A stretch of 64,000 nucleotides of DNA. Source: Octopus vulgaris (Eukaryota). The first letter of the stretch is position 1. Every line of letters starts with the position of its first letter. The notes beneath the pieces are model-generated. The model was not told the origin of the DNA, made no database searches, and saw only the letters and a program-made list of their open reading frames with translations. The stretch is taken from the NCBI GenBank assembly GCA_951406725.2, contig OX597818.1, positions 67,084,001-67,148,000 on the forward strand, given 5' to 3'. The position numbers were made by a program, and so were the translations under genes. This document shows positions 41,140 to 55,485 of this stretch, piece after piece.

Positions 41140-41640
41140 ATAATACTATTCTGGCCCTGCGCCAGAGTTTGAAGCCATTACTATCCAAGTCGTTCCTTGG
41201 ACCCTTGCGGAATACATGATGATCCACTTGTTAAGTTTCAATTCCAATCGCCTCTCAAGTAGAAGTTTTTGGTGAAGGGCGAAGAATACTAATAACCACA
41301 AGAATAAGTATTGTTTTAGACTTCTACAGTCTCTTCAGCTCTTTGGCTAGGTCGGTCGTGATATTTCTCTGTTACTGCAACGGGTAGAATTTTATAATTT
41401 TGTATTCTCCTTTATATTCATGTTTGTCTCCTTTCTTTACATACTGTGGTCAGTCTCTAGATTCTATGGGTAAATTCCATAGCAATCTTATAAATCGCAT
41501 CTTCTTTCGTAGATTCTAGTTCATAACACTTTTCTGTTATTCGAAACCCCACCCCTGACTGACATTCCAATACATACCGTTTACTTTGCAATCATGCTTG
41601 CTCTTCTGCTCCTTTTATGCTATTATACTGATAGCACTCA
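41140..41640 (-). mobile_element. Decayed R4/Dong LINE 3' region
   Basis: Minus-strand DLAKELKRL*KSKTILILVVISIL resembles DLARELKKLW..IPVVIGALG. Confidence 0.6.
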
Positions 41641-42011
41641 AGACATGACTTCGTCTCGTTTCCTGTACAGTCTTCATTTGCTTTCTGATGTATTCATTAT
41701 TTGCTTTATTAGGTTTGTCGTAATGGCTTACTCTTTGGAGGTCAAGATTGCCTTTCGATCTTTAGGAATAAATTAAATTGTTACCATCTATGAAAGCCCC
41801 TGCATGACCACTGTAGATTAAGGATAAGTTAACAGGATCCTAGGTGCGTAGAACAAAATGTGTGGCGTTTGTGTAGCTTTTAGTTCTGAGTTAAAATCTA
41901 TAAATAACTCTGACTTTTATTCTTTCGAGGTCGATAAATAAAGTACCAGTTAAATTCTTGTTATAGGTACCTAAACAAATTGATGACAATGACTTGAATT
42001 TAAAAATAATA

Positions 42012-43214
42012 CATCTTATTATTGCAAATGAAATGTCCGATTTTCTTATACACCGTGTTGGACAGTCTAATGTTTTATCCATCCTGACAATTCTTTGTTT
42101 TACAACAGTCAAGAGTTACATCATCACTTTTTGATATGCGATTCATCATAAGTGATTAAATTGAGTTTTCTCTTGTAAATCAGTTTTTGTGAATCCATGG
42201 ATAGATAAAAAAATCGCGTTGTTTATGAATATGAGTTCCGTCGTGGAAACAATGCATCCCAGAGAGCTCGAAGCATCAATGTTTGGTGAAGATTTGGCAA
42301 ATGGTTTGTGAGGTTCCGCTCTGCTGACTTTAATCTTGAAAATCAACCCCGTGGTAGACCTGAGACTAAGATGGGTAAGGATGAACTGGATACTGTATTG
42401 GAAAAGGATGCATCTCAAACAACGCGAGAGTTAGCAGCAAGGTTTGAATTTTCGAATCTAACTGTGTTGGACCATCTGAAACAAATCAGTAAGTTAAAGA
42501 AGCAGGGCAACTAAGGACCAAACGAATTGAACGGGCATCAAATGACACGTCGTCTTGAATATTTTTAGTCTTTGCTTTGACAGCATAAAAGCGAACCATG
42601 TTTTGCATCGTATTGTTACATATGATGAAAAAGCAATTCTTTTCAGCAATAGCACGCATTCTGCACGGTGGGTGGATAAAGAAGAAGCGTCAAAACACAA
42701 TCCAAAAACAATATTCACCAAAAAAGGTAATGGTGTCTGTTTGGCGATCCAGCGCTGGTGTCATCCACTACAGCTTCATGAGATCTGATAAGTCAATTAC
42801 AGAGGATGTATACATCAACGAAGTGGATACAATTAAACAATCATGATTGGTTAATAGGGACAGGCCAAAGAACGCCACTAATGTTACAGGAACTGAACTT
42901 GGAAGTACTCTGTAATCCACCATATTCACTAGACCTTGCACTAACTGATTATCACGTTTTCCAGGCATTTGACAACATTTTGCAAGAAAAAGAACCCTCA
43001 AATTCGAAGAAGATGCAAAAAGAGCTCTTCGTGATTTCATCACATCTTGCTCTTCAGAATTCTTCGCTACCGGCATAAATAATCTACTGATAAAATGGCA
43101 AAATTGTGCTCATGATTTAAGTGCATACTTTTATTAACTGCAATGCTTTTTGTTGAGATAAAGTAAAATAAACTCTCACTTCAAATCGGACATTTCATTC
43201 ATAATGACCTGATA
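42012..43214 (+). mobile_element. Decayed mariner (DD34D-type) transposon
   Basis: TIR core aatgaaatgtccgattt (42027) / aaatcggacatttcatt (43183); RFRSADFNLENQPRGRP, HRIVTYDEKAI, KKVMVSVW, PPYSLDLALTDYHVF; stops and frameshifts. Confidence 0.9.
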
Positions 43215-44280
43215 AAATATTCCAAAACATGGGTTAAGTTCACGGATACAACGTTAGATAAAATATTTTCTCAAACAGAAATAAGCTGGAACTTAACAAC
43301 AATATCAACAAGAGCCAAAATGAGATTAACTGATTTAAAATGCCTAGTGTTACTGCCAACTCACTCGAACTTGATATTAAAATTGCTACAGAATGTCATG
43401 ATAGTTGTGCTGGTGGCAATGGTAATTTTACCGATTCTCACATTCTGCTGCTAATAGAACTATCACAATCTCCTGCATACACAAATGTATACATACACAC
43501 ATTCACTTTAACAGTGAAGAAGTGTTTAAAATTAAGACAAATGATTGACTTGGGGAGACCTGAACGAGCAGATTCCTATTATTAATTCTTCAGGTCTAGA
43601 TAGGCTGCCATAAATATGTCCAATCTATTCAGGTTACATAATAAAAACAAGTTATATCCCCTAGAGGGTTGGGTCGGAGCAGATGTTTTTATGGTCAACC
43701 AACTCTGGAATTGTCTCGAAGATTCTAATGAACAGGCAGGGTGCTTCTACAAATATCTCATGTCGATTTCAGCGTTAAGAAAACTTTCTTGATATTTACA
43801 ATCATTCCAAGCCAGTGATTAAGAGTGAAGGGTGGGGATATATGAGGGGATGGTTGTACTGTTTAGACGAGAACAAAATGGAAGCGTGTGCGCTGTGAGA
43901 TGGAAACAATTGAAACGTGAAGTGTGTGGGTTGTTTGTTTTAAAACTAATTAAACATTAACAAAAACGCGTCCACAAGAGCCTGTCTTTATAAGCCTATG
44001 GTCACATAAACTAAATGTGTTGTAAGAATACGGATGCAAACTGATAGTGCTTGCGTTCGCTCTCATATCTCGGCAGTATTTCCCATTACATTCGGCGATA
44101 TAACTCACTGTGCAAGAGTAAAGTAACCAATCACGATTCAGACGAGCAGGCTATGCTACAGCCATCCGAATGATAAGCAACAGAATATGCAGCGTTACAT
44201 GCCAGTAATTTGAATTCCAATTAGACCACTGGTTGCGTTCTTCTCACTATTTACGCGCCAAATTATACTAACAAAGCTTG

Positions 44281-44432
44281 CGTTGATCCAGGGATACAGG
44301 GCATCATGATTTGTCTCATAGGCTGCGGGCGTTCAGTACATGAGATTAGATTCCGTTGATCCAGGACTATACGGCATCATCATTTGTTTCATAGGTTGCG
44401 GGCGTTGCGTATATGAGAGAAAATAGAATTCC
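44281..44432. repeat. Diverged ~74-bp tandem duplication
   Basis: cgttgatccagg..ggcatcat..tttgt..cataggctgcgggcgtt occurs at 44281 and 44355. Confidence 0.8.
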
Positions 44433-45089
44433 AATAGTATTTTCCTTATTATTGTTTATATATATATTCATTTACTCCTAAATATAATATATGGTGTATG
44501 TTGCTTTTCTATTTAACTTCAGGGTCTCTCTGGATAGGTAGGAACGATATTCACTGACTGTTATCGAATATCCGTACCTAGCAAAAAAACTATATTATCG
44601 GATGAGAAATTTCCATTCTGTGTGTGTTGGGTCAAATTATCAGAATAAGAAAGCATAAAGCTCATCAGACTGCTACAAACGTCCAAATTGCTTCCTTTGT
44701 ATAACAGATGCAATACATTGTTTGCAAAATAAGAAAACTTATTGTTGATTTTCACAGAACCATAATTTCCTTAGTTAACTCTATTTTCAACATCCCGAGC
44801 GATCATACTTACTTCTTGGCATATAAATACATACTGATAGATTCGAAATAGTCATTTCTGTACGCATTCGGCGCAAATAGTATATAGCGGTACTATCAAA
44901 GACATTTGGAATATATTTGCATAAAATTTATTTTACCTTTCAGAGCTGCAGCATATTTCATTTCCAAGTCATTTTTTTTTCTTTTAAATACTATATCATT
45001 TCTTCAATTTGTGTATCACTATTTGTTGCTTTCACAGAAAGAAACACCCAAACATACTGACACACGTGCACGCTCTATCTCTCTCTCCC

Positions 45090-45136
<47 letters not shown>

Positions 45137-45235
45137 CTCGCTCGTTCACACTTAAGCCCATTCTATCTAGTATCTGTCTATCCGTTTTACACGTAGTGAA
45201 TTTATTAGGTTAACAAACTGATATATATATATATA

Positions 45236-46395
45236 TTGTTGAAATTTACAGAAAAACAATAGACGAAGACAGGTATATAAACACCAGACATGTGTATTCG
45301 TTTGACGCTCGGGAAGGTGAGGGAGTCTTTAACGTTTCGAGCCTACGCTCTTCCGTTAACGTCAGGTGATAAAAAAAGGCACTGAATCCCGTTAGAAGTC
45401 CAAATTGCTTAATGTACTCATATAATTATGAACGGCTATTGTATGAACATCATACACCTGAGATGGTGCCTACAGTAAACTAATTTCATAACTATACGGT
45501 CGAAGGGGACGTAACTCTACGCCTACTATTGATTGTTCTACCATTTTCCACATGATTGTAGGCAGCGTGAAGTTGATCTGCAAATTCTTTGAGCGGCTAC
45601 CTACATCAATGGCTTTACTTTTATCATTCTGTCGGGGAAAATATAGGTAGTTAGCAGAGCGTCTCTTAAAGTCGCATTTGCATAACCTGAAGTAATTCTT
45701 CTTTTTGGTTAGGTTGATATAATAACTGGACTACAGTAAGATTAAAACCTAGGGATTTATCAAATCAGGTTCTTTCTTAATCTGTCCATAATATGCACGT
45801 TTACAACTACAGACCAAAGTAGACTGAAGGGAAACTCTCACTATATATATCATCCAATGAGAACGCCGATATCTGCTGTTTCAATTGTTCCCATCAGCAT
45901 GTCGAAGGAAGCTTCTATGTAACTTAGTTTGTCGGAACTTAGACATTTGTTGAACAGACGTGTTCGTATGGTGCCTATCCCAGTCAATAACGTCGTTAAA
46001 CAGCGAAAACAAGTGGAATTTCGAATAACATTTTCGACAGAAACGGACAGGAGTTATTTCTTATTATATTTGGTGAAACTTGCACGGGTTCTAGCCAGGT
46101 TTTGCTTTTAATTCGGATAGCAGACCTAATTAGCCATGTATATTGCGTGCAGGAATAATACAAAGGTAAACAATGGAAACGTGTTCACCAGTTATTTGGA
46201 TTAATCAAAATTGTACTAACAGACACTATAAAATGTAGCAACGAAACAATTTTTCAATTTTTTTTAAAATGTGGTTTCTTTCTGAACAATAAAGAATTAT
46301 AACAGGAACGTCAACTAGGAGATAGTATGATTTTGTTAATTGGTTCAGGTGCTAAAATATTTGAAAATATGGACGGCAATGGCTGCTCGCAAATT
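45236..46395 (-). mobile_element. Decayed, internally deleted Penelope-like element (RT + GIY-YIG remnants, hammerhead remnant)
   Basis: Minus-strand ASFDMLMGTIETADIGVLIG*YI resembles [54 protein letters not shown] resembles the GIY-YIG YIG..FK.R..NH; 3' end has gagc-gtag-gctc-GAAACGTT, then (TA)n. Confidence 0.7.
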
Positions 46396-46473
46396 CCGTC
46401 GGTAGATAATTTCTGTTGAGTAAAGTGGATCAAAAGGCAGGAGTTCAATCACACTCGATTCATGCTCAGAAGA

Positions 46474-46520
<47 letters not shown>

Positions 46521-47016
46521 GAGAAGAGAGGGAGAGAGAAAAAGAGAGAGAGCTACTTAGAAAATTATGTCATTTATATTATACACACGTACACAGATAC
46601 ACATATTCGAACCCAGATACTTCTTAGCAATTATAAGATTAAAAAACACACACCATATACAGAATAATTCCTGTGCTTCAAGAGATGAAAATTACGAAAA
46701 GTATCACGAAAGGAAAGGAGGCGACTGATTTCAGCAATAATCTAAACATAGAAAAGACTATTGAGACAAAGAGACACTCGAAATAAATAACAATCACCAA
46801 TATGTATTGAATTATTACATACATATTTTATAACATGTTGTGCACAGGAACACGATTCTGGTCGAGAAGCGTTCATGAATTTATGTGCACATGATGAACG
46901 GAACACCAGAACCACGTTCGTATCCGCAGAAGGTATATAATATATAATTACTGCAACTTATAGTGCTTGTATTTTGTATTTTTTTCAATTGCTTCTATGA
47001 ACGGGATGTGGTACAC

Positions 47017-47120
<104 letters not shown>

Positions 47121-48104
47121 TATATATAAATATGTATACATGCGTGTGTGTGTGTGTGTGTGCATGTGAGTGCGTGTGTGTGATTAGAGTGTACGTCAGA
47201 GACAGCATATACAAGATATACACGCACACTATTTTAAAATGCCGAGTGAAGCCTGCAGGTGTACAATACGCATGAAAGAGATGATTGTGTTAAATGAATT
47301 AGAAAGATATTTCTAAATAAATATACGCATCCATTACTTTTTTACTCACTTAAGAACATACTCACAAACACATGTATATGTGTGTGTGTGTACAAATGTA
47401 TATATATATATATGTTTGTGTAGTTAAATATATATATATATATTATTACAATTATTATTATTATATATATATATATGTTTGTGTAGTTAAGTATATATAT
47501 ATATATAATATTTCCATTAGCTTGTATTGTCTTATTGTATTCTTTCCACCACAGCTATAACTGCTGTTATCTACAATTGTCACTTGCACGATCTTGATCG
47601 CCGTTTGCACTAAACAACAAGACATATTTTAAATGAGTGACTTACAAAATACAATAAAATACAACGGGGAACTCGAGGGAGCCTCAGAGTTTGATTTGCT
47701 AGAAATACCTGTCATAGGAGTTTCAAATCTTATACTACAATCTGAAAGTTAGGAAGAACATTTTCTTAATAACCTCCATTATCAGACTGAAATTGGCGGT
47801 GATTGCGTTTGGAATTGTTTAAGCAAAAGTGTTGTCCTGATGAACTAAAAGATTAAAAAAAGCAGCATCATATTCGAGGAGATATATATATATATGAGCT
47901 TACGTCCCCTCATTTTGAGAGCGACGAAGAAGATGATTTTATTCAATTATTGAATAATTAATTTATGTAGATTTAGTGTTATGAAATTCTTTAAAAATAT
48001 AAGAGCACTTTGAAACTTTAATTAAAATAGTTCAACTAAACTTTGCAAATGTCTTCGTAAACTTTATACAGTTTTTAGTTCTACGTAATTAATATATACT
48101 TTTC

Positions 48105-48475
48105 TAGTCAAGGCATAATATCCGAACTTTTTAGGAAGGAACCAGTCGATTAAATCGACTCCAGTACGCAACTGGTATGGATTTTATCGACTGCGAAATG
48201 ATGAAAGGCAAATTCGACATCGTTGTAATTTAATCTGAGAACGTAACGGCAGACAAAATACCTATTTCTTTACTACTCACAAGGGGCTAAATACAGAGGG
48301 GACAAACAAGGACAGGCAAAGGGATTACGATTACATCGAGCCCAGTACGTAATTTAATTTATCGACTCTGAACGGATGAAAGGCAAAGTCGACCTCGGCG
48401 GAATTTGAACTCAGAACGTAACGGCAGAGGAAATACGGCTACGCATTTCGCCCAACGTGTTAACGTTTCAGCCAG
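48105..48475 (-). mobile_element. Dimeric family B SINE
   Basis: Core gatgaaaggcaaa.tcgac present twice (~48200, ~48376). Confidence 0.85.
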
Positions 48476-48743
48476 ACATATTTAATATATTAAGTAGCTC
48501 TCCAAGTAAGAGAGTTAAACGCAGGCCTTACATTTGTTTCAAATAATATCTAGATCCATATTGAATAATGGTTAATTTTAATTAAAATAGTCAGAGATTT
48601 TATAATTGTAGAGTTGTCTTGGCTGAAATGACCCGAACTCATCGCTGATAGGTTACAGATGACAATAGGTTCACAATGTTAAAGTCATGTACTGTTTAAA
48701 TCACATCACAGAATTTGATTTAATAGGAAGCATATGAAGCGTG

Positions 48744-49994
48744 CATTGGGTAATCCCATAAATAACGCGGTATTTTCAATTGCAGCAACTAAAAGTCGGA
48801 GAGCGACGGGATAAACTACCTGCATCAACTACCTATGAAAACAGGTAGTAATTTTACTTTGTCTTTATTCTTAGTGCAGGTTTTGAAGTGTGCAGTTCGC
48901 TTTAACAGTTATTTTACCAAATCTATAACAAAAGTGACGAAGGAGTATATTCGGCATATTTTGCTTTTTTAGTGAAATAAAAGCAACAAAGCAAATGAAA
49001 GTGCGCGGAATATTAATGCAGTATATGGGGATCGGACAATAAACGTAAGCTAGTATCAATTGTGGTTTCAGTTGTTCGGAGCCGGAAATTACCGTCTAGA
49101 AGACGAGCCTCATCCCGGAAGACCTGTAGGTCTGAACAAGGACGTCCTGTAAACACTCGTGGAACAAAATCACATCGTAAATGTTGAGGAACAAGCAGAG
49201 AAGCTTGGCTTTGGTCATTCAACTATTCATCGACACCTGTGTGCCGACGAAAAAGTCAGCAAATTGGGTCTAATCTTACATAGAGAGTAAATGTGTGCTC
49301 TTCTTTCCTGTCACTCTTCACGAATGAACTAGCTTTGGACTGAATAGTGACTCGTGACGAGAAATGGGTTTTCTATTAACATGTCAAGCACTGAAGACCC
49401 TAGGTAGGGAAAGAAGAAACACTAGCATCCGAGGCTAAAGAAGGCCTTCACCCATGTAAGTTGCTGTTATCTGTTTGGTGGATCATGAAAGGTTTAGTCC
49501 ACCTTAAACTTTTAAATCGATAACAATTAAACGATAACAAAGCAGACCTTCACTGAGTTGCTCGAGCGACTTCTGTTAGAACTAGAAGGAAAATGATTTC
49601 AAGACGAAAAAATATTCTTCCATCAGAATAATGCTCGGCCACATACAGCGAGGGTAACATTTCAAAGGCTGGAGCAAATTGAATGGGAAATAATGCCCCA
49701 ACCACCATATTCGCCGGACATTACCCCCATCTGATTATAATTTATTCCGCAATCTTCAAAATTATTCTGACGGAAAAAAACATGAATACTGTAGAAGTGA
49801 TTAGACCGGTACTGAAGAAGTATTTTTTGTCACGGACAAGTAAATTTTGGAAGAGCGGCCTTGCAAGTCTACAAGATAGATGGAATTGCCCAGTAGAAAA
49901 TGAAAAATATTATATTCTAGGTTAAAACTTTATCTTAATTTTGGAAAATAAAAGAAGCATTAAAAAGCCGCATTATTTATGGGATAACACCATA
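48744..49994 (+). mobile_element. Decayed mariner (DD34D-type) transposon
   Basis: TIR atcccataaataacgcgg / ccgcattatttatgggat; IVTRDEKWVFY, LHPCKLLLSVWW, FHQNNARPHTA, PPYSPDITPSDYNLF. Confidence 0.9.
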
Positions 49995-50589
49995 AAAGTC
50001 AAACACAAAGTTTGGAATCGCCTGCGGAAATCTGTCTTCCCACACAGAAATGAAAACAAATTTATGTACGGACAATTCTATCTTTAGATACAAGGTACAG
50101 TTTCTATAATATATAGTTGTTTGATAAATTTATCTACAGAAATCTTTTATCCAACAATAAATTCTCTCATATACCTAAATTTAAGTATGATATAGCTGCA
50201 GCATATCGACACAGAAATTAAAACAAAGAAATCTATGTGGACTATACCGCAGTAAACGACTTTAACAAATGGCAGTAAATTATACAAAACCATGTGAGCG
50301 ATATGTCACGTCTTAGAAAACCCAAAAAGTCATCAAATTTTTAAAATGAGCATACGTACGAAGTTGGACAAAATAGCTTTGAATAAAATATATTCGAGTA
50401 TTGAGATTTATTAACACGATCGCGTACATTTGGACATGAGAAGCTTTTCGTTGCAGAAATATCCTCTAAAGAATATTTCTTTTGTAGACGACATTTGTTG
50501 AATTAATTCGGTCTGTGAATGATGTTACAGAGTCTTAAGATACACAAATTTCTGTCTTTCGACACTTCATCCTCTACGAATATCATATT

Positions 50590-51712
50590 TACAGGAGCCG
50601 CCCCCCAAAAGGAAAACTCAGTATTTAAATGAAATTATATATATGGCCACAGCTCGTGAACTTAAACTAGATAAAATAAAATAAAAATATACTTACAAAA
50701 TGACGACCACCAAATTCCTGACACAACCGATAAAGTGGATTATAGATTGAATAGATTTACGAAGCAATTCGCCTTTCAACTAATCCACTGTTGCTGGTTT
50801 TGAGCCACAAGACTTACCTTTGAGATTTATCATTATAAAATTTCCAACAGATTTAGATCCGGAGAAGGTTCAGGGAATTCAACACTAACTTTTAGCCCAG
50901 TCTTTATTTTCGGAGAGTTGCATCGAGAGAGGCTCTCTCATCGGGAAGCTTATGGTGTGGTGCTTCATCTTGCTGAAAGTAAGTGTATTCTTCACCAAAC
51001 AACTCATCAATTTGTAGAACGGCTATGCTAATATCCCACAGCACATTGTAACCCTTCTTAAGTTCAAATGTTGTTCTATTGTACCATGTGTATATTTAGG
51101 AGTCCAGTGTTTGTAAATGGAGTCATTTAACTTAAACCAGCCTCACAAAGAATTTTAAATGGGAATATTACACCTTCCTCGCATTTTGCCAGCTACCAAT
51201 CACGGAATTAAGTTTTTCTGTCAGGCTTGTCTTCATTTAGAATATGGATTAAATATAGATCAAAGTTGGAATGTAACATTTCCAATGAAATCTCATCGAA
51301 ATGCAATGGCTGCTTGATCTGGGGATTGCTGTCTTACGGGCCATATGTCGTACAGATTCCTGTGTGGATCGGTGCAATGAAACCTAGCAAATGTACATCC
51401 TATGCAGTGCTGGTGGATGACTGTTATCTTCCAAATACGCTCTTTTTGGACGCCATACACGGTTCAGACTTATTTCGGATATGAGCAATGGTGTATCGCG
51501 TATGTGGATCTTTATTAAAATTTCTTCTAAATTGTCTTTATACTTCCAGGATTTTTTTCTGCTGCTAAGCAGCAATTCATGATAAATTTTCATTCTTCAA
51601 AACGTAGTCGTATTGCTGTTGTTATTCAGGTTACTTTGACCGAAAAGAAATGAACATTTTATGAGCTTATGTGAATTCAAAATGAGAGTACATTTTTGGG
51701 GAGATCCTGTAT
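50590..51712 (-). mobile_element. Decayed Tc1/mariner DD41D (rosa/Visitor-like) transposon
   Basis: Minus-strand RQFRRNFNKDPHTRYTIAHIRNK, WKCYIP..HILNEDKPDR, YFQQDEAPHH, VEFPEPSPDLNLLE; TIR tacagga..ccccaaaa at both ends. Confidence 0.8.
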
Positions 51713-52282
51713 AATTGAAAGGCTGTTGAGAATTTCTTGCCAGAAGAGCAAACGGTAACTTTGCTGATATGCGTAAAGATTCACCTGACTGAATTTGAAA
51801 GTCGCATAAAAGACTACATTCGCGCAAAATCATACCGAAAAAGATGAAGTACATTCAAAGATGAGGCGAAATATTCTCTGAAATAATCTCGGGAGAATAT
51901 TATCATCGTTGAACATGCTTCAAAGCACACCGTTATTCGAAGCACACTGAGCTTATTTAGTTCTATTTGGGTCAAGCTTTATTCATAGTAGAAAACCAGC
52001 CATCTGCTGCAAGAGTAACTTATAATAGTTCCGCTTGTCATTGTGTTACTTAGCGCGTCGGTAATACTTTCACGTGATTAGAGAAAAAGGGGGAGAAAGA
52101 AGTGGGATGGGGAAAAAGAGGGTGAGAGAAGCATCCACGAGGCGAGGTAGGAGAAACATAATATTTATTATATGGTTTAAAAAGTGAGTTGAAGATAGAG
52201 GAAGAGAGTTAACAATATAATTTTAGCAGCGAAGTGACGTTCTCATGGTGAGGTTACAGAATGGCAGAGAGAGAGAGAGAGG

Positions 52283-52313
<31 letters not shown>

Positions 52314-52435
52314 CGTGTGTGTGTGCATGTGTGAGGGGGGGATGAGAGAGATAGAGTGATATAGAGATGATGGTGGTGGTGATCGGAGAGTTAAAAGTGT
52401 ACCTTTTTAAAAAAACTGAACTATTTTTTTTTAAT

Positions 52436-52627
52436 GCAGTTCTATATTTAAGAGATGGGGTATTATGTACATTATTTACATTATTTATATTTCACGGACA
52501 TTTGTCCTCAGATTATTCGTTGTTAACACAACATTTCGGCTGATAAACCCTCCAGCCTTCACCAGGCGTCTTGGGGAAATTTTGAACCTGGGTTCTCATT
52601 GCTGAGGTTTTTTTGATATTATCATTG

Positions 52628-52630
<3 letters not shown>
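52436..52630 (-). mobile_element. Short PLE-like 3' fragment with degenerate minimal hammerhead
   Basis: Minus strand gacgc-CTGGTGA-a-ggctg(gagggtttat)cagcc-GAAAT-GTT-gtgtt. Confidence 0.55.
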
Positions 52631-52713
<83 letters not shown>

Positions 52714-54094
52714 CATTATTATTTTTAAGGTAACTGCATGGACTCCAACACGGAATCTTGTGGTTAGTAGCCGGCAATCTTGACCTCAACGCCATCTGTC
52801 CGTGGGCAGATAGCATACTGGTTAAAATGTTCTTTACATAGCCTTGGAAATATCTCTCACTTAAATCTAGACGTTTGAGTTTAAATTTTAATTTATAATT
52901 AAGTAAATAATTTCTCTTCGTTTTCCATGTAAAAGTGAAGAGAATGCATGATACTGGAAGATGGAAAATTGATGTAATACGAACTAAGATATTCATCATA
53001 TTTTGATTTTCTAGACGATGTATTACGTAAATAAATTAAATGTGAAGCTGTATAATTAAAATACTTCGTCTCTGTCCTGCTGTGAAACACTGAAATGTTT
53101 CATATATGGCCGAGGTACCGTACAGTTATTCCGTTATAATTTTGCTTGAGGCGTGCGTCAAGGAACTATTCCTATCAAGAAAGTTATTTATATCACTTCA
53201 CATGCTTCTGTCTGCATTATGTCTCCGTATTTCATTTGAAAGCGCAATTTTAAGCGCCGTTTGGTAACAGAAGGATTAATTATAAAATTATATCAACACT
53301 ATACTTCTGTTCGCATTAGACAAATCATGTCTCCTTCTAATGCTACAGTACTGAGAATGCAATACAGGAAGACAGAAACCGGAAAAGAAATACAGAGAGA
53401 GACATTAAGTGAGAGACACATAGACAAAAAGACAGAGGAAGAGAGAGCGCGATTCCGAGAGAATGGGCGAGAAATTACGAAGGAAGAGATACACAAAAAA
53501 CACCTTTAACTAAATTGAAGAACATGACATGTTTGGCAAAAGAGGAATATCAGTCTGGCTCTGCACATTGAGAAGCACCATATCAATGAGACCAATATTG
53601 CACTCTAGTCTCTTATATTGTCTAATGCTGATAACCAACATTCGGACACATTCATAGTATTGGTAATCCGAATTTTTGCATGGTATCAGAGAACAAAATC
53701 TTATGCATCGCATTACGTCTGCAATGTTTTAATTGTGACATAATTTAATGAAGAACGTTTACGTCTAATTTCTTACAGAATTAACGTCAATTGCTGCAGT
53801 CACGTATCAGCTCCTGTTTCCAATAGATATTAAATTATATTTGAAATCGAAATATTTTGACGAAGGGGAATTCTTTGCAGATTCAGAAAGAGAAATATTG
53901 GATTTCTCCTGCAAGAACTTAACTTTGAATTAATCGATTCCATCAGCTTACAAATGAAGATACGTCAAAGAGTTAAAGAATTCATTGGAACAGTTTTTGT
54001 GTATTTTTTTACTTTTACTTTATATACCCGTTACAAATCGTATAAACATTATTTATAATTTATCAAAAAAATAATCTTCATCATCAAATAAGAG

Positions 54095-54480
54095 ATGTGC
54101 GCGACATGGTGATCTCATATCAAGATAAACAACGCATGGCCTTGCAGGTGAGGCCCCGTCAGAATTTTCTTAAGGTCGATTAGCTCATCCTGCTCAAAGG
54201 GACCCTGAACAATAGTTGTTTGAAGATGATGAACGAAACACCCGTGTTTCCAGGGGTAAAGTATTCAAACCCCAAAGAATTCCTCTCAACATATGGTCAT
54301 AATGCTCACCCTTTACTTCTGCTCCAAGATCAGTGAGGTATCCATTGCCGGCCACAAAAGGCCATGCTCAACAGATTAAGGTGAACCAACTGACGAGCAG
54401 ACCTATAGGATTGAGCAGAATATTTGTTGTCATCCATCATTTACATCAAGACAGAACTTGTACATGATAACACTTCTAAT
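54095..54480 (-). mobile_element. Diverged copy of the 18322-18880 repeat
   Basis: ttcaaaccccaaagaattcctctcaaca and gcgacatggtgatctcatatcaagataaaca are reverse complements of segments in 18322-18880. Confidence 0.75.
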
Positions 54481-54697
54481 TATTATTTTATCGACTTTAC
54501 ACAGCTTCTAACGCTGGAGATGTACTACGGTGTCTGCTGTCCACTACCAACTAACTAAAGAAACCCCACTTATATTTCGAGCACCTTCCGGAGTATTTGA
54601 GTAGTTCTAGGCAGTGCTGTATCCTTCAAGTGCTCCACCTTAAATTTTTATGTCATTTCTTTGTCCATCAATTTCAATCAATCAATCAATCAATAAC

Positions 54698-54791
<94 letters not shown>

Positions 54792-54925
54792 TAATAATTA
54801 ATATAATTATTTATCATAGGTTTTGTTGTAGCAGTGCCCAGGAGGCAAACCTTTTATAACAGGTCTACTGGGGACTCTATTCCTAGTTCCTTGATATTCC
54901 TTGAGATCACCTTGTCGCGCATATC
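54481..54925 (-). mobile_element. Two R4/Dong 3' fragments around an (AAT)n tract
   Basis: VEHLKDTALPRTTQILRKVLEI* and NIKELGIESPVDLL*KVCLLGTAT. Confidence 0.6.
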
Positions 54926-55245
54926 TTTACTACCATTAAATTTCCTACCATAATCATCTCAAATGTTAGGCGCCGAACTATTCCCACTGAAGCAGAATAT
55001 GCATTCACGTTACCGTTTATATGCATCCATTATTGGTTGCATAGTATTGACATTATTATATGATCAATCTGCCTATATTGCAACCATTCCTTATATCTGA
55101 GCTCCCCAAATCAATTGTCAGACGTTAAAAACCAAGGCCTCTCACCTTAGTTTTCTCTATCACTTGTACTCCATGGACATCTATTCTGTAAATATGTACG
55201 CACACACTTATATATATATATCAATTTATTTTTTACACACACATA

Positions 55246-55329
<84 letters not shown>

Positions 55330-55330
<1 letters not shown>

Positions 55331-55485
55331 TTATTATATAGAAGGAGCTTCTACAGGACTAGTACTGTTTCAGAATGAAACAGTACTAGTCCTGTAGAAG
55401 CTCCTTCTATATAATAAATTAATTTTACTCTGCTATGTATTGAGTACCTTACTTACTGTGGTTAACCCCGAATCAACCCGGGACC

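Noticed and set aside
50851-51484. Two apparent in-frame + strand exons (50851-50978 and 51225-51484) with AG/GTAAGT signals
   Set aside because: The opposite strand encodes recognisable DD41D transposase motifs between TIRs, so the + strand frame is best explained as antisense coincidence
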